Below, piece after piece: positions 10,701 through 22,269 of a stretch of DNA of 64,000 nucleotides. Every line of letters begins with the position of its first letter. Within the stretch, counting starts at the first letter, position 1. Source of the DNA: Mobula birostris (Eukaryota); contig NC_092379.1 in the NCBI RefSeq assembly GCF_030028105.1, positions 26,467,821-26,531,820 of the forward strand, read 5' to 3'. The position numbers were made by a program, and so were the translations under genes. The notes beneath the pieces are model-generated. The model was given only the letters and a program-made list of their open reading frames with translations, did no database searches and was not told the DNA's origin.

Positions 10701-13099
10701 AGTCTTCAGAAGAGGTGAGGCGAGTCAAGGCTACAGACAAGGCATGGTGAGGCGAGGCAACGCTTCAGACGAGGCAAGCGAGGCAAGGCAAGCCAAGGCT
10801 TCAGATGAGGCAAAAGTAGAGAGGCGAAGGGAAAGGATTCATTCAGGAACAACCCAGCAACCGGAGGGTGAATCATGAAGCTATTTATGAAGCCAACACG
10901 AAAGATAATCAGCTGCCACAGCAGAAACTGGGAGAAAAAGGAAAACCTGGAATAAGGAACTAGGTCGGACAGTGAACAGGAATGCAAATTTTACGGAGCT
11001 GACCGTGACATTACTCCCTATTCTATGGAGGCCTCCTGGCGACCAAAAACGCTTCACCAGACCATTGACTACAAGAGCAGTGGGGTGGGTGCATTTAACA
11101 GGAGAGAAGCCAGGATAGCGAGAGTGAAACGACCGTGCCTGTGTCGCTGGGTCCAAGTCTGACTGGTCTGTTGTGTGATAATGAGCCGGCTGTGAGCAGA
11201 CCCAAATGCAAGACACAGACACTGAAGTACAAGGAACAAACTAGGTAGTCAGGAAAGCAAATGAAGTGGGGAAAAAAGGAAGCAGGTCATGACACAGTCC
11301 CTGGACGAAACAAGGATACAGGGCCTGGGCCAGGATTTCACAAGGATAGCGGAACCAGGACATGGAACTTGGAATTAGGAGCCTGGGCTAGGTCTCCGAG
11401 CCAGAGACTAGAACAGTACTCAGAACCTGCGTCTTGACTCGGGCTGGAAAATGGAACACAGAGCTGGTTCCCCTCCTTGGAAAGAGGACGAGGGCCGGGA
11501 TTCATTACATAGAACGCAGAATACGACAAGATGGTTACCAAAACAAGCCTGCGGCAGATGGCCGGACATTCCTAGCGAAGGCGTGGAAGCAGACTAGACA
11601 AGGACTCAGAACCTGGGTGTTGACACTGGCTCGGACCACGAAACTAGGAGAGGAGATATCGAGATTGGGTTGTTCGACGCCTGGGTTCTTTGAGGCTTGG
11701 ATATGTTCTCCGCGCCAGAGACTAAGCAAGAACCCAGAACCTGGGTCTTGACTCGGGCTCGGATTTCAGAAGTAGGCGAGAACAAGACGTGGCTACGGGA
11801 AGAGTAGCGTCAACAGGACTGGACGTGACACTTCTGGACAGGACAAGGCATCCCCAGCACAGGATGAGGGAACCCCAGCACCGGGCTGGGCAAAGTACTC
11901 CTGGGCTGGACAAAACACATGGACAAGACGAGAACATAAAGCCTTGGCTTGGACAGTACATGTTCTTGGATGTGGCTAGGACCGGACGAGACCCCTAAGC
12001 CTTGACATGTTTGAGGGAGAAACAGGAATGCAGAGCCGTGGTCAAGGGAGAGACAGGAACGCACAATATTGGTCGAGGGAGAGAAAGTAACGCTGAGCTT
12101 TGGTCGAGAGAGAGACAGCAACGCAGAGCCTTGGTCGATGAAGAGATAGGAACGCAGAGCCTTTGTCGAGGGAGAGACAGGAACGCAGAGCCGTTGTCGA
12201 GGGAGAGACAGGAACGCAGAGCCTTTGTCGAGGGAGAGACAGGAACGCAGAGCCGTTGTCGAGGGAGAGACAGGAACGCAGAGCATTGGTCGAGGGAGAG
12301 ACAGGAACATGGGTCACAGAGCCCGGAACCCTTCTTTGAAAACAGGACGTAGGTCCGGGATTCATACACAGAACACAGATCCGGGACCCCTCCTTGGGTA
12401 TAGGAAAGAAGGCTGGGGCTCATTAAACAGTACGCAGAATGCGACAGGACGGTTCCCAACACAAGGTAGAGGAAGACGGCCGAACATACCTAGTGAAGGC
12501 GATGACACAAAGACAGATCCCAACACTAGTTAGCTGCAAACGGCCTGAGCTACCTAGTGAAGGCGTGGACAAAAGAATGTTCAAGAAAACGATAGACAGT
12601 TCCTTATCTTGCTCCAGCGATGGAACTTGACAGGCGAGTGAAGTCCTCAGGCGCACGGAGGCAGCAGGCGAGGCGAGGCGAGGCGAGGCAAGGCTTCAGA
12701 CGAGGCAAGTTGACGCAAGGCTTCAGACGAGGCAAGGCTAGGCGATGCAAGCATCAGACTGTGCAAGGCGAGGCCAGGCAAATCTTCACACGAGGCAAAA
12801 CGAGGCGAGGCAAGGCGTCAGACGAGTTAAGGGGCGAGGCGAGGCAAGGCTTCAGACGAGGCAACAGAATGCAGGCGAAGGGAAAGTTTTCAGACAGTGG
12901 GTATAAACTGGAACAATCCAGCAACCAGAGGCTGAATCCTGAATTTATTTATGAAGCCAGCAGAAACGACAATCAGCTGCCTCAACAGAAACTGAGACAA
13001 AACAGAAAACCTGGAATAAGGTACGTGGACCGGACCGTGAACCGTGATTATTTTATTTTAGTTTTTTTTTTTTTTATCGTTTGCCTACGGACCATGACA
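7799..13099 (-). mobile_element. Tandem non-autonomous chromovirus array: LTR 11174-13099, internal 11011-11173, LTR 9394-11010, internal 9237-9393, LTR 7799-9236
   Basis: Three homologous blocks bounded by TGTCA/TGTGA...TGACA, separated by two collinear 157- and 163-bp stubs carrying PBS, gag start and PPT. One flanking 5-bp TSD: GATCA (7794-7798) / GATGA (13100-13104). Confidence 0.85.
12041..12310 (+). repeat. About 31-bp minisatellite inside LTR (GTCGAGGGAGAGACAGGAACGCAGAGCCNTT), about 9 units
   Basis: Directly visible head-to-tail units with no spacers. Shorter arrays lie at about 8420-8530 and 10044-10322. Confidence 0.9.
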
Positions 13100-13950
13100 G
13101 ATGATGGATTTGATTTATGAGTATGTGGTTTCACTGTACCTGGAGGCAAATGATTAAGAAAGAAAACAGTTGTAGGCGTCGATTCGTCATGTGGAAAGCT
13201 TGTCTAACAAATCTGTTGGAATTCTTTGAAGATATAGTAAGCAGGATAGACAATCAGTTGGTTTGGTATATTTGTATTTTGTTGAACGCTCGGAAGAAGG
13301 CGTCACCTGAGGCTGCTCTACTGCTACGAGTCCATGGTATTACTGCACAGGTCCTGACATGGTTCAAGCAGTGGCTGACTGACAGGACGCAAACAGTGAA
13401 AGTAACGTGAATCTGTTTTTGGTTTACTGCAGGTGACTGGTGGTGTTACACAGGGGACTGTGCTGGAACTGATTTTTTTTTCCTTTAATTGTTAATGACT
13501 TAGATTATGGTGTTAATGACTTAGATTTTGGTATTAATGTATTTGCCGTACACGAAGGTATGTAGAGGGACAATAAAATTTTGAGAACGTAAGGAGGCTA
13601 CGGATGGACTTAGCCAGTTTAAAAGAAAGGGCAGAAAAGGGAAGATGGAACACAGTGTGGGGAATCGTAAGGGAAATGAATGTTTTGACAATTTACTAAA
13701 GGGAGACAACAGAGGTCAAAGTCAAACAGTCAGCCAAAGGAAGTAGGGAATGCTTGTCCACAATTCCCTAAAGGTTCATATACAGATTGAGTCTTTAATG
13801 AGGAAGGCAAATGCGATGTTAACATTCATTTCAACAGGTCTAGAATATAAAAAAAAACAAGGTTGTAATGTTGAGACTTTATAAAACACTGCTGAAACAT
13901 CAATTGGAGTATTATGAGCAGCTTCATACTACGTATCTTAGAAAGGAAAG
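13100..13950 (+). mobile_element. Old CR1 LINE, 3' part (RT), continuation of 5830-7798
   Basis: KACLTNLLEFFED motif in ORF 13117-13410, then degenerate RT and 3' sequence. Confidence 0.75.
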
Positions 13951-13959
13951 TAACGGCTG

Positions 13960-14620
13960 AAATCTATGGCAATACTGCACAAAGAGCAAGATTTCTTAAA
14001 TCAAGGGTCCTTGTATATATTATACTATTACCTTAGTCCTATGCACAACTTAATGTGCAGAGGTATGGGGAAAGACAGAGAAAGCAAATACAATCTCATT
14101 TTTCCTCTCCAAAAGAAAGCCATAAAAATTTGCAAACAAGGCGAGATATTATAAGCCAAGAAATCCATTACTTATTCAAGTAAACTCTTTACAATTCAGA
14201 GATTTCGTACATTGAAGAATAATAAGAATTATGTATAAAGTAAAAATGGACAGTTACCACAAAGTATCCAAAGATTGTTTAAAATGCGAAAACGTCAACA
14301 TGACTTGAGGGGAATATGTACATTTCAAACACAAAGCATAAGAAGAAATGTTAAAAAAAAAGATATATATATATATTTTTTATTTCAGTCAGAGGGGTGA
14401 GCCTATGGAAAAGTTGTAGTAAGAATTTAAAAACATGCGCCACACTTAACAAGTGTAACAAAAGAAAATACTTCAATGTACAGATATAAAACACATGATT
14501 TTAACTGAATGGGAGCAATGTAAACAAATGATGCTTCGAATTGGATTTAGGTAAGAGGATGTTATTTTGAAAAATAAAGGTGCTAGATTTTTAAAATGTA
14601 TTTATTCTTCCTTAGGCCCT
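13960..14620 (+). mobile_element. L2-group (Crack/Daphne-like) LINE 3' fragment
   Basis: AILHKEQDFLNQGSLYILY...IFPLQKKAIKI resembles the L2-group ORF2 C-terminal motif (LQKRAIRII). Confidence 0.5.
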
Positions 14621-14745
14621 TAGGCCACGAACTTATCAATCACCCCTGATGGATAGGAGGGGTAGGCGTAATAAGCTGTAGCTTCAGCCTGAACCATTTC
14701 GGTCTGTTTTAGAGATTTAAATATATATTTATGAAATCATCCTTA

Positions 14746-17527
14746 TGTCATAATGGGGACGGCGCTGGGAGAGCACGCAAATGCAAGGCACAGACACTGA
14801 AGTACTAGGAAAAGGACAGGGCTAGAGACTAGGATTACGGATGTGACCGGATGCTGTCTAGGAGCTGGGACAGGAACACAGACCTGGGCGAGGGCGAGGG
14901 CATTGGCTAAGCTAGCGGGACCAGGACAACGGACTTGGAACTAGCAGCCTGGGCTTGAACTCCGAGCCAGAGACTGGACAAGGACCCAAAACCTGGGTGT
15001 TGACTCGGGCTCTCAACCCTGAACCATGCGAAGACTTGACGTGGCTACAGGATTGAACATGGCATGGTTTCATCGAGGCTTGGATTGTTCGTGGCTTGGG
15101 CTCCTCGAGGCCCGGTTTCCTCGAGCCTTGGGTTCCTCGAGGTGAGAACATGATGAGGCTTGGATTCTTCAAGGCGAGGACATGATGAGGCTTGGTTTCT
15201 TCGAGACGAGAACATGAAGAGGTTTTGGTTCGGACTCCGAGCCAGAGACTGGACAAGGTCCAAGAACCAAGGTCTTCATTCGGGCTTGGACTCCGGAACT
15301 AGGCGAGGGCATTTCGTGGTCTTGGGAGACAGAAACCTCGGAACACAAAACCGGAAGCCTTGACTTTACCTTGGCGAGGACAGGAAAACACAGCCTTGGT
15401 CTGGAGCACCGGAACACGGAGCCTTGGACTTGAAGGACAGGAACATGGAACACAGATCCAGGACCACTCCCTGGCAACAGGACGTACGGCCGGGACTCAT
15501 TCACAGAATGTTGAACACGACGAGGCTGTTCCCAGCACTAGCGGCTAACTGCCGGAACTTGTTCCTTATTCCAAGCATTACGGTTTTCCCCATTTCCTAC
15601 TGAGACAGCTGATTCTCATTTGGGCTGGCTTCATAAATGCCTTCGGGATTCAGCCTTTGGCTGCTGGATTGCTCCTATCCATACCTCCTGTCTGAATACC
15701 TTCTGTTTGTTGCTTCGTCTTGCCTTGTCTGAAGCCTTGACTCGCCTTGCCTCTCTGAAGCCTCGCCTTGCCTCGCCTGTAGACATGCTTCACCTGTAGC
15801 CTTGCCTCGTCTGAAGCCACGCCTGAAACCCTGCCTCGTCTGAAGCCTCGCCTGAAGCCTTGCATTGTCTGAAGCCTCGCCTGAAGCCTTTCCTGAAAGC
15901 TTGCCTCATTTGCAGCCTCGCCTCTCCTTGACTCGTCTGAAGCCTTGCCACGCTTGCTTGTCTGAAGGCTTGCCTCGCCTGTAACCTTCACCTGCACCGC
16001 TGCCACGTTCCATCGCCGAAGCAAGATAAAGAACTGTCTACTGCTGTTTTGAACTGTCTCTGCGTCTACGCCTTCGATAGGTAGGCTATACCTTGTGTGG
16101 AGATCTGTCTCTGTGCCCTCGCCTTCGCTAGAAAGGTCTGGCCGTTTGCGAGTACCTGGTGTTGGAAACCGACTGTCTCCACGTTTCGCTAGGTAGGTCC
16201 GGCCGTCTGCCGTTGGGAGCCGTCTTGTCGTATTCTGCATTCCGTTTAATGAGTTCCGGCCCTACGTCCTGTACCCAAGGAGGGGTCCCGGCTCTGTGTT
16301 CATTGTTCCTGTCTCACCCTCGAGCAAGGCTCTGCGTTCCTGTCTCCCCCTTGAAATAGGCTCTGCTTTCTGTCTCTCCCTCGACCAAGTAAAGGCTACG
16401 GGGTCTCGTCTCGTCCTAGCCACGATCCAAGAACCTTGTCCGGTCCAAGCTACGCTTTGTGTTCTCGTCTTTTCTATGTGTCCGGCCAAGCCCAGCAGTA
16501 CCTTGTCCAGCCAGATTCTGGGGATCCCTCTTCCTCTGCCGGGGTTCCCTTTTCCTGTCCAGGAGTCTCACGTACAGTCCTGTTCCCACTCGTCATCCGG
16601 GAGGTACGTATTGTCCTCGTGAGATTCTGGGTCCTAGCCCGGTCTCGGCTTGGAGTCCATAACCAAGTCTCGAAAAAACAAATACTCGTCATGTCATCAC
16701 CTAGATCTGGGGTCCGAGGCCGAGTCAAGACCTAGGTTCTGGATTCTTCTCCAGTCCTTGGCTCGGAGTCCAAGCTCAGGCTCCTCGTTCAAATGTATAC
16801 GCCCTGGTTCCGCTGTGCTACTGAAGCCCTAGCCCAGGCCCTTTATCCTAGTCCCGACCAGGGACTGTGTCACGTCCAGCGTCCTTTCTTCCCCGCTTCC
16901 CTTTATTTCTTGACTAACCTAGTTCTGTTCCTTGTACTTCAGTGTCTGTGCATTGCATTTTGGTCCGTCCCAGCTCCCCCCATACTATAACAGACACAGA
17001 GACAGTTTCCAACACTATGTAGCGGCAAACGGCCGGATGTGACTCGCGGAGACGTGGACACAGAGACATTTCCAACACAACGATAGACAGTTCCTTATCT
17101 TGACAGAGCAAAGCTCCGGTTTCGCTCCGTTGTTTGAATTTGACAAGGTTGCCGGCAAGGCTCCAGGCACAGATTATGGGAAAGGCTCCAGGCACAGGCT
17201 GCAGGCAATGCTCCAGACACAGGTTGCAGGCAAGGCTCCAGGCACAGGCTGCAGGCAAGACTTCATAAGGAAAGGGAAGAGAAGTGAACAGTCCAGCCTC
17301 AGGGTAACGGCAAAGACTGCCTGGCTTACCCAACGGAAGCGCGGACGGGATACTGACGAGACGAGCCAGCCACAACACTCGAACCCAGGGCCACTTATAT
17401 TCCTAGCCTAAGACGAGTGTCTATGATTAAGCATAACTGAAAGAATGGACAGCCGGAAGACCTGGAGTCCAGAGTCCACGGACCGAACCGTGAACCTGAA
17501 CGCGGACATCACGACCGGACCATGCCA
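14746..17527 (-). mobile_element. Solo LTR (same chromovirus family) carrying a nested LTR
   Basis: Ends TGTCA...TGCCA. Perfect TSD CCTTA at 14741-14745 and 17528-17532. Confidence 0.85.
15556..16992 (+). mobile_element. Nested solo LTR in opposite orientation, 5' end deleted
   Basis: Reverse complement of the 7799-type LTR, ending ...TATAACA at 16992. The host LTR resumes immediately after. Confidence 0.8.
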
Positions 17528-17841
17528 CCTTATGAAATAATCGTAGAAAATGATGCTTTCTGGTACGTTTGTACTGACCGAAATAAAACTTCATGCATTC
17601 ATTCATTCATTCAAAATCAAAAGGATTCAGACTACATTTACGAATATCATACCGGGTTTGAAAGGCATGCCATTTGAGGCGTGCTTAATGATTCTGTGTG
17701 CATAGTCGTATGAAGTCGGAAGGAAGGAGGGTGATCACATTCAAACCTTTCCAATCTTGAAAGCCTTGAGAGAGCGGGTATAGGGAGGTTGTTTCCCTTG
17801 ATGGGAGAATCTAAGACCAGAATACATCACCTCAGAATAAA

Positions 17842-17956
17842 TGGTGAACATAGCAGGCCAGGCGGCATCTCTAGGAAGAGGTACAGTCGACGTTCCGGGC
17901 CGAAACGTCGACTGTACCTCTTCCTAGAGATGCTGCCTGGTCTGCTGCGTTCACCA
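17842..17956. repeat. Palindromic Penelope-derived repeat (about 115 bp)
   Basis: Arms GCAGGCCAGGCGGCATCTCTAGGAAGAGGTACAGTCGACGTT and AACGTCGACTGTACCTCTTCCTAGAGATGCTGCCTGGTCTGC are near-perfect reverse complements. Confidence 0.85.
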
Positions 17957-17959
17957 GCA

Positions 17960-20195
17960 ACTTAGAACCATAGAACCATAGAAAACTACAGCACTGAAAC
18001 AGCCCTTTGAGTGCTTCTTGGCTGTGCTGAACCATTTACTGCCCAGTCCCACTGACCTGCACACGGAACATATCCCTCCATACACCTCCCATCCACGTAT
18101 CTGTCCAATTTCTTCTTAATTGTTAAAAAAAAAACGCATTCACCACCTCGTCTGGCAGATCATTCCGCACTCCCACTACTCTCTGTGTGAAGAAGGCCCC
18201 TCCCCCTATATTTTCTTTAATCTTTCCCCCCCTTCACCCTTAATCCATGTCCTCTGTTTTTTTTTTCTCCCCTTGCCTCAGTGGAAAAAGCCTGCTTGCA
18301 TTCACTCTCTCTGTACCCAACATAATTTTATATACCTCTATCAAATTTCTTCTCATTCTTTGACGCTCCAGAGAATAAAGTCCTAACCTATTCAACCTTT
18401 CTCTGTAACTGAGTTTGTCAAGCCCCGTCAACAGCCTTGCAAACCTTCTCTGCACTCTTTCAACCTTATTAATATCCTTCCTGTAATCTGGTGACCAAAA
18501 CTGAACACAATACTCCATATTCGGCCTCACCAATGCCTTATACAACCATATCATAATATTCCAGCTCTTATACTCAATACTTTGATTAATAAGACGGGAC
18601 GAGATAGAGCAGCGCGCCTGCGTGTGCGCAGCCCTCCGGCGAAAAAATGATATCATATCGGTTAAATAGGTGCCGTGGACAATTCTGATTTGATGAAGAA
18701 TGGACGTGAAAGGACAGAGGAACATCTGGAGAAATTTCTGAAACACTTGTTCGCTGCCGTCGTTACTGTGTGGTCGGGAATCGTTCGGAGGGTAGGCCAC
18801 AAAATCCCCGGCTTTGCATGCTGTTGGCGAACGAGGTTGAGGTCGAATCGTTCGGACAGATATGGCGGTGTCGGAGGGCTGACCAGAGCTCGAAGTTTTC
18901 GGATGACTCAGAGTCGGAGTGTGGTCGGCATGGCAGGGAGAGTTTTTCTTCCTTCTTCCGTCTGCGTGAGATGTGGGACATTTGAGAGACTTTGAACTTT
19001 TACTGTGATCATGGACTTCTTCATCAAGTTATGGTATTGTTGCACTTTTGTTACCATATGTTATAATTATGTGGTTCTGTCGATTTTTGTTTTTTTCAGT
19101 CCTGTGTTTTCTGATATCACACCGGAGGAAATACAGGAATACGTGGCATCATATTCTAATAAAGGCCGGTGTACCAAAAGCTCTCTTTACGACCCTATCT
19201 ACCTGTGACGCCACTTTTAGGGAATTTTGTATCCCAGATCCCTCTGTTCTACTGCATTCCTCAGTGCCTTACCATTTACCCTGTATGCTCCACCTTGGTT
19301 TGTCCTTCCACAGTGCAGTACCTCACACGTGTCTGTATAAAATCTATCTACCATTTTTCAGCACATTTTCCAGTTGGTCCAAATCCCTCTGCAAGCTTTC
19401 AAAACCTTCCTTACTGTCCACTACACCTCCAATCTTTGTATCATCAGCAAATTTGCTGATCCAATTTAACACATTATCATCCAGATCATTGATATAGATG
19501 ACAAATAACAATGGACCCGGCACTGATCCCTGTGGCACACTACTAGTCACAGGCCTCCGCTCTGAGAAGCAATCCCTTAGTATCACTCATTGGTTTCTTC
19601 CATTGAGCCAATGTCTAATCCAATTTACCACCTTTCCATGTAGACCTAGCGACTGAATTTTCCTAGCTAACCTCCCAGGCGTGACCTTGTGAAAGAGCTT
19701 ACTAAGGTCTATGTAGACAACATCCTCTGCCTTCTCTTCATCCATGTTCCTGGTAAGCTCCTCGAAAAACTCCAATAGAATGGTCAAACATAACCTAACT
19801 CGCAAAACGCCATATTGACTCTCCCTAATAAGTTCCTGTCTATCGAAATGCTTGTAGATTCTGTCTCTTAGAACTCCCTCCAAAAACGTACTCACTACCG
19901 ACGAAAAACTTACCGGCCTATAATTTCCCGGATTACTGTTAGATCTTTTTTTTTTTTTAACAGCGGAACAACATGAGCCATTCTCCAATCCTCCGGCACC
20001 TCAACCCGTAGACACCGACATTTTGAATATATCTACCAGGGCCCCTTGCAATTTCAACACTAGTCTCCCTAAAGGTCCAATGGAATACCCTGTCTGATGC
20101 TGGGGATTTATCCACTTTAATTTGCCCCAAGACAGCAAGCACCTCCTCCTTTTCAATCTTAGCCATACGCAGTTGTGGAGGGCAAGATTCCATGC
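17960..20195 (-). mobile_element. CR1 LINE (RT and 3' end) interrupted by a SINE-like insert at about 18594-19156
   Basis: Minus ORFs: NYRPVSFSSVV..LLEFFEE, SSVPQGSVPGPLLF..KFADD, LYKALVRPNMEYCVQFWSP. (ACCATAGA)n tail near 17965-17985. Confidence 0.85.
18594..19156 (+). mobile_element. Unclassified ~600-bp non-autonomous (SINE-like) repeat, copy 1
   Basis: Homologous to 25645-26225, 39127-39540 (minus) and 58647-59290. No coding capacity. Confidence 0.7.
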
Positions 20196-20724
20196 AGATT
20201 TAAGACAAACATTTACATATAACAGATTCGTCAGGATTTGGGGGTAAATTGGCAGAAGACACAAGACTGGGGCAGAGAAGAGAATTGTATCTGCCATTAT
20301 GAAATGTGGCAGTAGATTTAATGGGTCAAATATCGTCAGGAAATGGCAGACGAGTTGTGAGACCTGGCAAGAACACATCTCAGGGCAAGTAGTCAGGGTG
20401 TGTGCACACTTGCCCAGTGATATCTTTATGGACTTCTTCAATACTTCACTTATTCAGATTTCGTATCATCCGCGATCATCCCAGTAACAAATAGATAACA
20501 ACTTTGAGACCAAACGACTTAAACAACTACAGCTAGATAGCATACACTCCATAGTGTCCAGTGCCCTGAATTGCTTTGGCGACACTGGACACTGACCATT
20601 ATTTTGAACGACAGAATCTCTCTAACTTGGAGCGTTTTCTATGTGTCTGAATACATAAGTATTAGGAGAGGCACCGACCAATAAGGAATACGCAGGCTGT
20701 CTTGGTTGTCCCAGCAACCTTATC

Positions 20725-20739
<15 letters not shown>

Positions 20740-20759
<20 letters not shown>

Positions 20760-21550
20760 GAACTACCAGAAATATTAATGAAGGTACTACATTGTCTTTA
20801 GCAAGGCAGTTGACAAGGTCCCACAGGGAAATCTGTCAAGAAGGTTCAGTCGTATTAAATTGGATAAGGTATTGGCTTTGAGGGAGGATCTACAAAGTGA
20901 GAGTAGATGTTGCCTCTCCGATGGGAGTACTGCGACTACTGGAGTAGCACACGGGAGTTGTGTGTAATCTATATCGCGGATCTTGTTGTCAATGTGGATA
21001 ACTGCATAGAAAATTTGCTGATGACTACGATATTTAGGTCTGATGGACAGCGTGGAAAGTTATCATGGGTTATACAGAGCCCTGCAGCAGTTGGGTAGAA
21101 AAATTACAGGTGAGATGTGTTCCACTTTCCAATCAGGTTAAACTTACAGAGTGAAAGGTAGGAAACAGACGAATGAGGTTGAAAAAAAAATGGAATCTGA
21201 GATAATAGATTCTTAAATCTTTGAAAATTGTATTACAGGTAGATTGGAACTCAAAGGAAGTTTTTGGCACAATAGCTTTCAAAAAAACATAATATATGGT
21301 ACAGGAGCGGGATGGCACGTTAACTTTGTATAAGGCGTTGGTGAGGAATAATTCGGCGTAATGTCGGCTGTTCTGGTCAGCTATCGGCTGGAAAGGTGTA
21401 CGTAAGTTGAAATGGTGCAAATAATATTGATAAGAATGTCTCCCGGTTGGCAGTCCTGAGTTATGAGGAAAGAATGAATAAGTTAAGACTTCATTCCTCA
21501 GAACTTAGATATTTAAGAGGAGATTTAACAGAGGTACAGAAACTTATGAA
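20740..21550 (+). mobile_element. Highly degenerate CR1 RT/3' fragments
   Basis: FSKAVDKVP-like and LFSLE/RGD-like remnants. Confidence 0.5.
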
Positions 21551-22269
21551 GGATATTGTCGTGGAAACACTAGTTAAAAAGACCAGTGACTTCAAGTTTC
21601 GTTTTAAAAGTTTATTTACATGATCATGGAGAGTCTCCAGCAGTCTCCAGCCCCACCAGAGTTCTGATTTTTAGGTTTACAGAACTCATATTCATACAGC
21701 ATGATAAACAACTTCAGATAACTTTGTTTGGCATCTCACAGTCAGTGAATGATCATTCGTTCAAAACACACGTGAATTATCTCTCAGCGTGAGTCCAGCA
21801 GTTACTCCTGACTCGTGATATCGGGACTCATAAGTTACCCCCAGAAGCAGCCACCCTCTTGTTTCCAGAAACCTTTTACTTATTTTTTTTTTTGAGTTTC
21901 TGATATTGCGCCTATAATCCAAGGTTATTCTCAACATGCATTAGCCGTCGTAAACCCAGAATCTCCAGAATTGTCCAGTATCCCAATCAGTCTTACATTC
22001 ACTTCGCTTGTCTGAGAATATAACAAAACGTAATGTTTTAAGGATGAAACGTCAAAAGTTTTAGGGAAACATGAGAGGAGACCTCTTCAGTAAGAAGTCG
22101 TGAGATTATATAATCAGCTGTTAGCACACATGGTGCATGTAAAATCGATTTAAAAGGAAAGCGAAGTATTGATAGTTACATGGATTCTGTCGTATGGAGA
22201 GCTGTGGTCAGGGTGCAGGTCCAAATTACGAAGTCGTTTATGACTCCTTGATTTTATACGTTTATAACT

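Noticed and set aside
7867-12656. Many 100-260 aa ORFs on both strands, and CRISPR-like 31-bp repeats
   Set aside because: The ORFs are low-complexity translations of stop-poor LTR minisatellites. The repeats are head-to-tail with no unique spacers, and the DNA is eukaryotic.
20553-20593. 11-bp perfect inverted repeat AGTGTCCAGTG/CACTGGACACT with a 19-nt loop
   Set aside because: Single isolated occurrence with no associated element. It cannot be distinguished from chance or a TE remnant.
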